Part shown: piece after piece, positions 52,322 to 64,000 of the stretch | Position numbering within the stretch: the stretch's first letter is position 1 | How the letters are laid out: every line of letters begins with the position of its first letter | Source: Lingula anatina | Taxonomy: Eukaryota > Animalia > Brachiopoda | Length of the DNA: 64,000 bases | Direction: 5' to 3' | NCBI GenBank assembly: GCA_051362555.1 | Contig: CM120645.1 | Coordinates: 13,020,001 to 13,084,000 of the forward strand | Program-made: the position numbers and the translations under genes | The notes under the pieces: model-generated | Seen by the model: the letters and a program-made list of their open reading frames with translations, nothing else | Databases searched by the model: none | What the model was told of the DNA's origin: nothing

Positions 52322-52910
52322 ATTATAACGTTACAGGCCACCGCACTTACCTAACCGCACCGTCACATGCCTGTACCACACCCTGCACTGAACAGTTTTC
52401 ATTCCACAACGTATATAAAGCCTCCTCTCTATTTCTTTTTGCTCACTTCACTTTCTTACACAGAACGGTACGGATACTCTAACGACACCATTTTAGCACA
52501 CCCAGTCGGAGGAAAAGGTAATTATTTCAACGATAACGTAAACTTCTCTGGCTTTGGGTATTTCAACGTTTCTATCTATCCTTTTATAACGATATTAGCA
52601 CACTTGGTCGGGGGTAAGGTAAATTATTTCAACGCTAAAGTAACGTAAACTTCTCCGGCTTTGGGTCTTTGCAACGTTTCCGTCTATCCTTTCTCTTACA
52701 CTTTCGTATGTACTTCGTGTAAATTTGTTATCAATTTTTAGGTTATTTTGTATTTAAATTTGTTTTCAGTATTTTTCGCTACAATTTTTGTTCTGTTATT
52801 TATTTTGTTTTATTTTATTTTCTTTCAGTTTTACGTTTGAATTCAATAAAATTCAACCAGTTAGAGACTTCCTTTATTTGACTGAGTGCAGCTACAGTAA
52901 AACTTATCTC

Positions 52911-53220
52911 CGGTGGAGTCTCTCTTCCCGTGGGGACCAACGGTGCAGCCTCTCTTCCCGTGGGGACCAACGGTGCAGCCTCTCTTCCCGTGGGGACCAA
53001 CGGTGCAGCCTCTCTTCCCGTGGGGACCAACGGTGCAGCCTCTCTTCCCGTGGGGGCCAACGGTGCAGTCTCTCCTCCCGTGGGGGCCAACGGTGCAGTC
53101 TCTCCTCCCGTGGGGGCCAACGGTGCAGTCTCTCCTCCCGTGGGGACCAACGGTGCAGTCTCTCCTCCCGTGGGGGCCAACGGTGCAGTCTCTCCTCCCG
53201 TGGGGGCCAACGGTGCAATC
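52911..53220 (+). repeat. 30-bp GC-rich tandem repeat x10 in the retrotransposon leader
   Basis: Unit tctc(t/c)tcccgtgggg(a/g)ccaacggtgcag(c/t)c starts at 52921 and recurs every 30 bp to 53191. Confidence 0.95.
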
Positions 53221-53257
53221 TCCATCCCCATAGCTATTCAACGGACAATTGGTGTTC

Positions 53258-56200
53258 ATGGACAAACCCGAAAGTGACAGTGAGACAGAGGAAAGTGTAA
53301 GAAGGACTCAACGAAAACAGAAAGTGACAAAAAGAATGGCAGAATATTTAGAAGCAAGAAAACGTGAAAGAGAGCATATGACCAGTGCCAAACGCTCTAC
53401 CGGTGATTCTGCTACAACCGAGATGCGAGATCAGGCCGAGCCTTGCGATGGTGGGAGTCACGTTGACACTTCACAGAATACCAGCGCCGCTACACCTGCG
53501 TCGTCGCTACAGGATATGAACACTCTAGTTAAAGCTCTGACCGATTCCCTGAACCTTAACAGATTGCCGATACCAGAACCCAGCGTTTTTACTGGAGATC
53601 CACTACAGTACTTAGAATGGAAGACATCCTTTCAGATGCTCATAGAACGAAAAGGTATACCCCCTGAAGAAAGGATCTTCTACTTAAAGAGGTATGTGGG
53701 ATATCCAGCACGTAAAGCACTTGAAGGATTTTTCTACAGCAACAGCCCCTCTGCATTTCACAGCGCATGGAAAATTCTGGATGAGCGTTACGGACACCCC
53801 TTCCTAGTACAGAAAGCCTTCCGAGACAAACTAGACACGTGGCCTAAGATCCCAACCAACGACCCTGTAGCTCTGAGGGACTTCGGTGATTTTCTACAAG
53901 CCTGCCATGATGCAATTCCATACGTGCCTGATCTACGCATTTTAAACGATTGTACAGAAAACCAGAAGCTCATCGCCAAACTGCCAGAGTGGGTGACAGT
54001 GAGGTGGAACCGCGAAGTGACGCAGTGTATTGACATTACAGGTGAATACCCTCCTTTTCAGATGTTTGTGGAGTTTGTGACCAAGGAAGCAAGAATTGCC
54101 TGCAACCCGATTTCGTCGATACACGCCCTCAACGCTACGACTGCTGCTGCCGTTCACAAGGTCAAAGGTAATGCCAAAGTTCTTACCACTAGTTCCAGTC
54201 CTCCTGTGTATGTCTGCAGTTACTGCCAGAAAGAACATTTCATTTCACAGTGTGAAAATTTTCGATCTCTGACACTTGATCACAAACGCACTTTTATTCG
54301 TGAGAACAATCTATGTTACGGGTGTTTACGTCACGGCCATCACAACAACACTTGTAAAAGGAAACTAAGATGCGAAAAATGCCAGGGAAGACATCCCACG
54401 TGTTTACATGATGACAACTTTAGGTTATCTCGCCCACAACCTACAACAGAGTACCAGGTAGCAAATTCTCTTCAGATTGACCAAGGTAAAGATGACAGCA
54501 CCTCCATGATAGTTCCGTTGTGGGTTTCCAGTAGGGAAAATCCGTCAAAAGAAATCCTGACGTATGCTCTCTTGGACACACAGAGCGACACTTCCTTTAT
54601 TCTACAAGAGACGGCCACAGCATTGCATATTATCGGACAGCCCGCACGTTTATCGTTGTCAACAATGACCGCCTCAAACACAGTTATTAACAGTTCCCGG
54701 ATTTCCAGTTTACAAGTAAGAGCCTTCAACTCATCTGAAATTGTACCCATCAATGCCTGTTTCACCAGAGATTTCATACCAGCAAATCGATCTCACATTG
54801 CAGTGACGGAAACAGTTAGTAAGTGGCCACATTTACAGCAACTTAGTGCCGAGTTACCACCCCTACAGTCATGTGAGGTAGGACTTTTGATCGGGTACAA
54901 CTGTCCGATGGCTCTAGCTCCCAGAAAGGTCTTAATTGGAAAAGAAAATCAGCCTTTTGCAGTCCAGACTCTGCTTGGTTGGAGCGTGGTGGGATACTCT
55001 ACTCCTCCAAGTGCCAATGTCAACGTTGTCATTGCTCATCGTACAGCCGTCAAAGAACTACCTCAGTGTTCTTCAAGAGAGGTCATCAGAGTAATAGAAA
55101 AGGACTTCGCTCATGACAAAGGCAGCGTTTCTGAAATCTCCAAATCACCACGGTTGACTGGACCCTCCTTTCCTAGGCAACGGCAGGTGAAACTGGAACG
55201 TGTCACTACAGAACTACAGTTGGGGGATCCAGAGGTGAGAGCCTTTTCATTGTGTACTGTTACGTCTACAATGCCAAATATCCTTGACCTCTTCACGAGA
55301 TTCTCTTGTTGGTGGAAAGCCGTGTCTGCGATGGGGAGGATCCAACGAATTGCAAATCATGTAAAGGGAACACAGCCTCTGACAATTGAAGAAAGAAGAA
55401 AGGCAGAAAAACCTCTTGTTATGCTTACCCAACGCGAGGCATTTCCAGACGCAGTCAGTGCCCTCGATGCAGCTACCACGTTACTTAAGACGCATCAGCT
55501 TTACCCCCTAGATCTGGTTCTTGAAGATGGTCTTCTTCGAGACGGCGGCCGATTACGGAAAGCAGGTTTTCCAACGCCATTAAAACATCCAGCCATTCTA
55601 CCAAAGAATCATCATGTCACGCGACTGATTCTTGATTATGCTCACACGGACTCCCAACACCAGGGCAGAGGTATGACTCTCAACAAGCTTCGATCCCTTG
55701 GTTTTTGGATTGTAGGTGGCAGCAAAGTCGTCGCAAAATTCATTAGTCAGTGTGTTACTTGCAGAAAATTGAGAAGGCCGACCGAGTCCCAGAAAATGGC
55801 AGATTTACCCAAGGATCGCGTAGAACCAACGCCACCCTTCACCTACTGCGGTATAGACTGTTTTGGGCCTTTTCTCGTTAAACAGGGACGCAAAGAAATA
55901 AAAAGGTATGGACTTTTGATAACTTGTATGTGTTCACGTGCAATCCACATCGAGTTGTTAGATGACATGTCAACTGATTCTTTCATCAACGCTTTACGGT
56001 GTTTCATTGCGATTCGTGGTGCTGTTAGACAGATCCGTTCAGACCAAGGTTCCAACTTCATTGGCGCGATTAACGAATTTCAACATCGAGTGGACAGCAA
56101 CAAGATAGCAACGTTTCTAACCAAAAGACAATGTGACTTCATTCTTAATGCGCCCCACGCAAGCCACACCGGAGGAGTGTGGGAGAGGCAAATAAGAACT

Positions 56201-56749
56201 GTGAGGGAAATTCTTAATTCCGTGCTTCAATTGTGCCCAGGTAGAATGGACGATTCATCTCTCAGGACCGTTTTCTACGAGGTCATGTCGATCGTCAATA
56301 GCAGACCATTAACAGTGAGTGAAATCAATGATCCGAAAACTCTCGAACCGCTCACTCCAAATCACATTTTGACCGCCAAGGCTGACATACCGTTTCCTCC
56401 TCCAGGTAATTTCGTCAGGGAAGATCTCTTTCTACGAAAGCGCTGGAGACGCGTCCAATATTTGCTAGAACAGTTTTGGTCTAGGTGGAAAAAGGAATAC
56501 ATCAGTCAAATATCTCTGCGACAGAAGTGGCATGAACCTCGTCGTAATATGCAGAAAGGAGATGTTGTTTTGATCAAAGATATAGAACTTCCTCGAAACC
56601 AGTGGCCTCTGGCTCGAGTGGTGGAAGCCAATGCAGACGATGACGGACTTGTGAGAAGAGTTAAAGTCAGAACGGGTTGTTCTGGAACTTTGCGATCTTC
56701 CATTCTTGAGCGAAATGTACAAAAACTGGTATTATTGGTTGAAAATTAG
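53258..56749 (+). CDS. BEL/Pao Gag-protease-integrase polyprotein lacking RT/RNase H
   Basis: Gag (FTGDPLQY), three Cys-His knuckles, protease ALLDTQS, integrase HHCC with GIDCFGP / SDQGSNF / GVWER, and a C-terminal RKRWRRVQ domain. No YVDD or NPAD motif. First ATG at 53258. Confidence 0.92.
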   Translation: MDKPESDSETEESVRRTQRKQKVTKRMAEYLEARKREREHMTSAKRSTGDSATTEMRDQAEPCDGGSHVDTSQNTSAATPASSLQDMNTLVKALTDSLNLNRLPIPEPSVFTGDPLQYLEWKTSFQMLIERKGIPPEERIFYLKRYVGYPARKALEGFFYSNSPSAFHSAWKILDERYGHPFLVQKAFRDKLDTWPKIPTNDPVALRDFGDFLQACHDAIPYVPDLRILNDCTENQKLIAKLPEWVTVRWNREVTQCIDITGEYPPFQMFVEFVTKEARIACNPISSIHALNATTAAAVHKVKGNAKVLTTSSSPPVYVCSYCQKEHFISQCENFRSLTLDHKRTFIRENNLCYGCLRHGHHNNTCKRKLRCEKCQGRHPTCLHDDNFRLSRPQPTTEYQVANSLQIDQGKDDSTSMIVPLWVSSRENPSKEILTYALLDTQSDTSFILQETATALHIIGQPARLSLSTMTASNTVINSSRISSLQVRAFNSSEIVPINACFTRDFIPANRSHIAVTETVSKWPHLQQLSAELPPLQSCEVGLLIGYNCPMALAPRKVLIGKENQPFAVQTLLGWSVVGYSTPPSANVNVVIAHRTAVKELPQCSSREVIRVIEKDFAHDKGSVSEISKSPRLTGPSFPRQRQVKLERVTTELQLGDPEVRAFSLCTVTSTMPNILDLFTRFSCWWKAVSAMGRIQRIANHVKGTQPLTIEERRKAEKPLVMLTQREAFPDAVSALDAATTLLKTHQLYPLDLVLEDGLLRDGGRLRKAGFPTPLKHPAILPKNHHVTRLILDYAHTDSQHQGRGMTLNKLRSLGFWIVGGSKVVAKFISQCVTCRKLRRPTESQKMADLPKDRVEPTPPFTYCGIDCFGPFLVKQGRKEIKRYGLLITCMCSRAIHIELLDDMSTDSFINALRCFIAIRGAVRQIRSDQGSNFIGAINEFQHRVDSNKIATFLTKRQCDFILNAPHASHTGGVWERQIRTVREILNSVLQLCPGRMDDSSLRTVFYEVMSIVNSRPLTVSEINDPKTLEPLTPNHILTAKADIPFPPPGNFVREDLFLRKRWRRVQYLLEQFWSRWKKEYISQISLRQKWHEPRRNMQKGDVVLIKDIELPRNQWPLARVVEANADDDGLVRRVKVRTGCSGTLRSSILERNVQKLVLLVEN

Positions 56750-57169
56750 TGTTTACATGTGTACATACATTATAGTGACATTACTACAATGACTTTATTG
56801 CAGTGACAGTGATATATTTCTGATGATAATGGACACTATTGGAACGAGTCTACATATTTGCTTAAAATGATTATATATCATTGAAAGACTGGATTCATTA
56901 AGTTTATTTGTATAACGTACATTGCTTCAATAAGGGAAAGCCAGCAGTAACCGTTTAATGGTTCATTTACATTTAATTTACTGTTTTTCTAATTGCTAGC
57001 ATTCAGTGGTAATTGCGTATTCATAACGTAGCAGTTAGATTTCTTTATTTACTTAAAATCATTTTGATTTTGGTGGGAGTGTAACTGCCCGCGACATTTT
57101 ATTTTATTTTATTTATTTATTTATTTCTCATTATTCATTCGAAGTACATTTTCCGTTCTTTCTCTGTTT

Positions 57170-57212
<43 letters not shown>

Positions 57213-60200
57213 ATTATAACGTTACAGGCCACCGCACTTACCTAACCGCACCGTCACATGCCTGTACCACACCCTGCACTGAACAGTTTTCATTCCACAA
57301 CGTATATAAAGCCTCCTCTCTATTTCTTTTTGCTCACTTCACTTTCTTACACAGAACGGTACGGATACTCTAACGACACCATTTTAGCACACCCAGTCGG
57401 AGGAAAAGGTAATTATTTCAACGATAACGTAAACTTCTCTGGCTTTGGGTATTTCAACGTTTCTATCTATCCTTTTATAACGATATTAGCACACTTGGTC
57501 GGGGGTAAGGTAAATTATTTCAACGCTAAAGTAACGTAAACTTCTCCGGCTTTGGGTCTTTGCAACGTTTCCGTCTATCCTTTCTCTTACACTTTCGTAT
57601 GTACTTCGTGTAAATTTGTTATCAATTTTTAGGTTATTTTGTATTTAAATTTGTTTTCAGTATTTTTCGCTACAATTTTTGTTCTGTTATTTATTTTGTT
57701 TTATTTTATTTTCTTTCAGTTTTACGTTTGAATTCAATAAAATTCAACCAGTTAGAGACTTCCTTTATTTGACTGAGTGCAGCTACACGTACAAACACAA
57801 TAGCTTAGGTGGAATAACACAATACTTAATACGAGTGAACCCCATGACGCCGGTTTCTGTGGCCCAGCGCGAGCGTGACAATCCGCTGTAACTAGGTGTA
57901 ATGAACAGCAGGATACATCAGCCAGAAGGTCCCTATTGTTTGTTGCGGCGAAAGGATTATAGCTTGAAGAGGCTAAACCCATGCTAAGGCGTGCCACGCG
58001 AAGCGAACTGTCCTTTTGTTCACTAGTTTGGCACGCGCAGCTGGTTTTTAGTGTTACTAACAAACTGCTAGTTAAATTTGTTATCAGTTATTTCATCCTA
58101 TATGAAATTTCCGCAGTCAAAAATTGAACTAATTATTGTTTGTTTGGTTGAAATACATGAGCGTCAGCATCAATCTGTCTCAAAAAATTCCTATTGCATT
58201 AATTTATAAATGTATAATTCATTTATGTACTTACTTTTTAATTTGAAATATCTGCTTTCAAGCGTTCAAGTATTTATAAAACATAAATGATAATGAAAGA
58301 GGAATAAGGAAATAACATATTACTTATATTATGCTTATATTATAATATTGAAATTAAATGAGGTGCATTGACATAATGTAGGCGCAATGACAATCCAACT
58401 ACGACGTGCAACAGGGGGAAGTCTGGCTGTATGATCATACAATATACGAAAGTACGGTCAATTAAAAGTGTAAATCATCAGTTAAAGAGGAGGGGGTCTT
58501 ACTATAGCTCGCTATCTATTGTAAACCCGACTGTTATTATCTCTCGAACAAGCTTAAAGCATGCCTATACAATTACTGTGTCTCCGGCTGCCGTTCAGAA
58601 ACACTATGTCGAACATATTTTGCTACAGTGAGAAACATGGTACACTAGCGACTTGTTTTAGATCACTCAAGAAAGGATGCATACGTGCGACACCAGAGGA
58701 AAAACAATCAAGTATGCATCTGATCCTTTAATAGTAATTGCACAGTGCATGTTACTAGACCTTTGTCCTAACTCAGTAGTTAGGAATAGGATGTTTGGAT
58801 AAAAAGCTTCTATTCAACTCGCTTAGACCTAGGGCGTGATGCTATCATCCGATGAAACACGTAACTGAACCCTCTACCTGTACCTGAAGTCCCTTTAGCT
58901 GAAACAAAAACTGCCCCTTGAACATGTCCATTTTTTAATCGTCAAATGATTTGTGATTTCATTGAACGTCTTTGATCGAAAGCTTTCAAGTGACAATAAC
59001 CGAACCGTGTGTTGATTATTTATTAAAGCGTAATTAAGTTTATTCAACATGATCTATTTTGTAAACGATACTTGCCAAGATTGAGCTTGGATTGATCACC
59101 GTCACTATTTAGCTACTCGCCTATAATGCGTGCTGAACGACAGACAACTTAAAAATATTATCTGTGTAACTGTGCAAATGAACGCATTTAGTTAAAATAT
59201 AACGAAGCCGGCATTTAATCCATCGAACATATTTATATTTGTTCTTTTAAACCCAGTGTAAGGTTAACGCCAAATCAAAGCAAGCCTTGCAGACTGTTTT
59301 TGTTTAAACTGTCGTGCATCAAGTAAAGCTAAGTAAAGCCTGTTTCTGCTTTGCAGTGTTCATCCCAGCCATAAAACTGCATGAAGGATAACAAGACTCC
59401 GTAGACCTGTGCTTCAGGTTTCCAGGAGTCCCGTGTAACACAATAATATCGAAGGCCTGAGAGTAATACATATATGAGGCCGTGTATGAAAGATTTAACA
59501 AATTAGAAATTCAAGAATTTAAACGTGCTTGGTACATGCACATCACTTAATAAGTCATTTCACAAAAATCGCATCTAATATTGTTTAGATTAACCTTTAC
59601 TTTTATCGATCTCATCCCATTGTCTTAACCACCTAAAAGAAATATAGTGAACATGAGGAAAAGTAACACGTTTACATGCAGGCGAAGGAGTTATACTTCA
59701 ATATTAATCGCGAACAATATCAACAGCGACTAAAGACCGTTGTCTGTCTTTCACACTTTTACACAATCACACGAAGGTTTAATAAAGGGAGTCGCGGCGC
59801 GATATCTATCTTTTTCATTCGAACAAGCAAAGGGCTGACCCGAAGTAAGCTTTCTATACTAATGTCCTTTTTATTGTATATTGTAATTACTCTATTTGCT
59901 CGCCTCCATTGTCTTGTAAAAGTGACAAAGAAAGTGTTGTATTCACACACGAGTTGAAAGAACTTTGCATAACTCCTTTGCCTTAAGTTGCATAATGTCT
60001 TTCTCAAGGTTATAATTAGTGTGAAGAGGGTGTCTTGCCTCATTTAAAAAGGGTGTTGTTCTTCATACTGGTTGTTGCTTAACTTATGCTAATCTTAAAC
60101 TTTTATGTACCAATATGGTTTTAATAAATCGCCATAATTATGAATTTAATGAACATTGTGTATCAAACGTTTTGATACGATTTAAATAAATGGACGAGGA

Positions 60201-61547
60201 GGATTACGGTATTAGGTTCTATTTACCTCTGGCTTTAACTTCGCCCTGCTATATAAATGAACAAATGTTGCAGATCGTAACAAGAAACTTTCTTATAGTG
60301 TTTTATGACATATATGATTTACACATTTGATAGTGAAACACTCCTCGACTTTAACGAATCACCTGACGTAAACTGTCTACCCGCGCTCCCCGAAAAAACT
60401 GTTTCTTTTAATATTGAAATGAATTGCTTTTAAGGCAAAGAAGTCCATTAAACCCTTAAAGTCTCAACATCATTGTACAGCATGTTGTAATCGATATTTA
60501 AAAAAGTTAATTTTTGTACTCCGCTTTCATCGAGGATACCTCAAGTTGAGGTTACAATTACATCGCTCGCCTATGCTACTGGAATATATATTTAAGGACA
60601 AATTAAGCTTTGTAAAGTCCCTATTGTCACACACCATAGATACTTTATTTTGTCTTGAATGAAAAAAATAGCCTCAAATTATCGTTTTGTGCTTAAACCT
60701 TTCATTACTTGAACCAAGATCTGTACTATAGCTACCAAGACGTACATGCATCAAGTTGGGTCTGCTGGGGGAGGGGAGCATTTAAATGATAAACGAGGAA
60801 GTCTACCTGCAAAAGCAGCAGCAGTGGTTTAAATAATCGCTATCTAGACTCCTTTTTCTTTGACAGCAACATAAAAAGTTTTTAGGGAGAAAGTCACTAT
60901 CATAAGTATTACCTTCAATAGCAGTGGGATGCTTCAAAGCTATTTTAAAATGTGATAAAATGTATAATTCAACCGTTAAAATTTGTGATAAATATTTTTT
61001 GTGATTGCGTAAAATAAAGGATAATTAGAAGGAATAATTTATGTTGTAGTGATTTTCCTTTTTTATTGATATCGGCTGTCCAGAAACCAAAGAGATTCTT
61101 GATCAACTAATAATCATAAAAACGAAACGTTAACGCATGACGGGAAAAAGTATAAAATATATAACTTGCTTAATTTGTAAAATTTTAGCTTGTCGGTCAT
61201 CTAAATAATACATGCAAAAATATAAATGTGTATTACATTATAAGGAATGCTGATATAAGATATAAACCCAATGATGGTTAAAATATGCCAAAGAACATAA
61301 AATACGTGGAGATAAAACAATACTTTCTTTGCGTTACAGATATAAAAGGACTGTTATTTTGTACCTGTCCGACCATGTAGATCTTAATAGTTTGATCATA
61401 TATTTATCACAGCTATATATCAATCACTGCGAAGATTAAAGTATATAACGTCTTCTGGAGCAATGCAGTGGTTTTGGCACCAATGTGGTATCCAATCCAG
61501 TCCAGATACTGACGCTTTCGATGACCCTAGTCACTTTAGACTACTTA

Positions 61548-62935
61548 CACACACTGGACAAAAGAAGTGTCACCCCCTAACTCAGAGTAATAAAAGTAGG
61601 CAGATTTTGGGTACTTATAATGCCTGGTCTACTTATAATGTGACTAATGAGTATAAAACCGCTATACCATGGAATTGTATTGTTTGTCTTGTACATGTAC
61701 AGCAAATGTTATTCCTGTCTTCCTCCAATATGGCAAGATACAGGCAATTATCTAACGGTTATAGGTGCAAGTTATTAACCTGAAGAGGCGGAATATAAGC
61801 AATGTCAAAATATCGATACAATTGAATTGCTCAGTCAGAACCCTGCAGAGGGTCTGGTCTCGGTATAGAAACACTGGATCAAGAGACAAATTGCCTCTGA
61901 TGGGTCGTCCAAGAAAAAATACTGGCTGTGAAGACCGACGACTGATTTTGACGTCCAGGTTGTCAAAGTTCGACACTGCTTGTCAGTTGACAACGCAGTG
62001 GAACAATTTCACACACAAGAATGTGTCTGTGAAAATTGCTTGGCGTCGGTTACATGCTCAGAGAGTGTACTGCAATATAGCAAGACTGAAACCTCTTATA
62101 TCGTTACAAAACAAGCAACGTATAGTGAACTAGGGTCAACAGGATCTAGAACTGGACAGTTCATGACAATTGGTCCTATATATTTTTTTCTGATGAGTGT
62201 CGCTTTGGTCTGACCTCTGATGACAGACGGGTACTATGCTGGCAAACTGCTGGTAAAGCATTTGAACCACATGCACTGAATTTTCGAATCCCGGAGCAGT
62301 ATATTCATCATGGTGTGGAGCTGCATCAGCATCCATGGCTTGGGCGAATTGATAGTGGTAAATGGAAACATGAATAACTAGAAATATATCGATGTTTTGG
62401 GGTCAGGCTTGCTACCATCTATTACTAACATGTTTGATGACAGGAATTATCCATTTGTTCACCAGGATGACAATGCTCTTTGTCACAAGCCCAGAGCAGT
62501 TGATGATTGGTTTGACCAACAGGACATTCGCAGGGTGATGTGGCCTGCCCAGAGTCCAGATGCAACCATAATAGAAAATGTGTGGAATGATATGTCAAAA
62601 CTTTTTACAAATGCCCGTCTAACCAGCAGAGAAACTCTGTTATATTCAGTGTTTCATGCTTGGACCAGCATAAGCCCTGAACGCATCAGACAATTATATG
62701 AAACTTTGCTTCGTAGACTGGCACCTATTATTAGGTCACGTGGCTATGCCACTAAGTACTAATTTTGGACTTGAAACTGCATATTTTGGTAGAATGTATA
62801 TATTGTTCTCATTTTGTGATTTTTTTTTAAATTTAATGTTAACAAAATGATACCAGGAGCATATTATTCCGCAGTCATTTATCTCCCCCATAGTATTGGC
62901 TCAGTAGGGGTGACACTTCTTTTGTCCAGTGTGTG
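61548..62935 (+). mobile_element. Tc1-family DNA transposon (DD34E), decayed
   Basis: ta|cacacactggacaaaagaagtgtcacccc ... ggggtgacacttcttttgtccagtgtgtg|ta: TIRs with TA TSD. Confidence 0.93.
61730..62762 (+). pseudogene. Tc1 transposase pseudogene
   Basis: GRPRK, QDDNALCH and WPAQSPDATIIENVW (34 residues from D to E), ending GYATKY. The ORF is broken by stops and frameshifts. Confidence 0.9.
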
Positions 62936-64000
62936 TAGCTCATTTTACGCACTGCAGAACCGACCACTATCATGCAAAATTTAAAAATATTTATTCAGTA
63001 GTTGCCGACATACGGATGCTTCTTTGACAGAACCATGTTTTGGCACACCCAGGCTTAGAGCAGTCCAAAGGAGCACTACCCAATCATTGCATATTACACA
63101 ATGCAGCAGTGCAATAGACATGGTGGTCAGTTAGTTACTAGTGACACACTTGACTACACATGTAAAGGACATCACCTACTTACCCTTGAATTTAGTATAG
63201 CCCACACACCCCTAATGAATAATAGGCTTTTCCACTTAGGCTGTATTCCTATAGCTTTTAGATCGATCTATCCCCGGGGGGAGTCTCACTAGATTACTGT
63301 CAGATAATCCGGCTTAAATGTCCGTCCCGCCTACTACAAGCTGTAAGAGGGTTATTAACTTTCGTGACCGCTCGGCTGACAGCTATTTAGCGTGAACCCC
63401 CAGGGAGTTAGGTCGATCTAAAGTAGAGCGATATAATCTCTGGATATGGGGTCTAAGAGTGAGCAGTTCATTTACACAGACACCTAAGAAGCTAGAAGTT
63501 CATTTTTACACAGACACATAAGAAGCAAGAATTAAGACATATAAAGGGGACATACATGTAGATTTGTAAGTTTTGATTTACTTGTAACTTATTTTCAACT
63601 TTCATTGTCATTATAATTTTTTACATATACATATGCAGTTAAAATTTGCTTTTGTATATATAATTGTAGTTTAGGCCACACTTTTTTATTTTTATGGATG
63701 ACATCCTGCGCGCGCACCGATTTTCGCCCGTTCTCCAAACCCCCCCCCCCCCAGCCCCCAACGAAGTCGGTTGTCGCAAACCTCGTTATTGAACTTGCCA
63801 GGAAATGAGCTTTCTGCGCATGCGTATTATCGCCACGTGGAAATGCGGCCCCTTTGCCGTCAAATTCATCTCTAGGATTACTTTCAAATTACACAACAAT
63901 AAAAGTCATAAAGAGAACGGGCGCCGTCGTTTTGGATTGGTATGCCATTGATATTGGGCATGGAGATATCACTTTTTTACAATTGTGCGAAAGGCTGGTG

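Larger units (their letters stand above)
52189..57787 (+). mobile_element. BEL/Pao LTR retrotransposon, internally deleted (no RT/RNase H)
   Basis: 708-bp LTRs 52189-52896 and 57080-57787 (TG...CA, identical by eye), 5-bp TSD cgtac, and PPT-like tttggtgggag before the 3' LTR. Confidence 0.96.

Noticed and set aside
52788-53300. Six overlapping repetitive ORFs
   Set aside because: A by-product of a stop-free 30-bp repeat, with no credible starts.

Overview
AT-rich eukaryotic genomic DNA with GT-AG introns, probably from an invertebrate animal (taxon not determinable from sequence alone). The left 37 kb is a tandem array of ornithine decarboxylase (ODC)-family genes on the + strand: four intact-looking copies (the first is cut by the window edge) and two deletion remnants. 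All copies keep the PLP lysine and catalytic cysteine but have a rebuilt substrate pocket (human ODC D332->E, D361->N, Y323->H), and one active-site codon differs in every copy. Between copies 1 and 2 is a 7.8-kb insertion without a long ORF. It has split direct repeats (A...BA...B) joined through a shared ATAAA core, the architecture of tyrosine-recombinase (PAT/Ngaro/TOC1-type) retroelements, and a paralogous empty site confirms its ends. The right part holds tRNA-Pro(TGG) plus a decayed copy, an NXPE/PC-esterase-like pseudogene, a truncated Penelope element with an inverted pLTR and a variant hammerhead, an orphan 220-aa ORF, a young BEL/Pao LTR element whose open ORF lacks RT/RNase H, and a decayed Tc1 transposon. 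Several MITEs, a solo LTR and TA-type excision footprints are also present. All alignments were made by eye.
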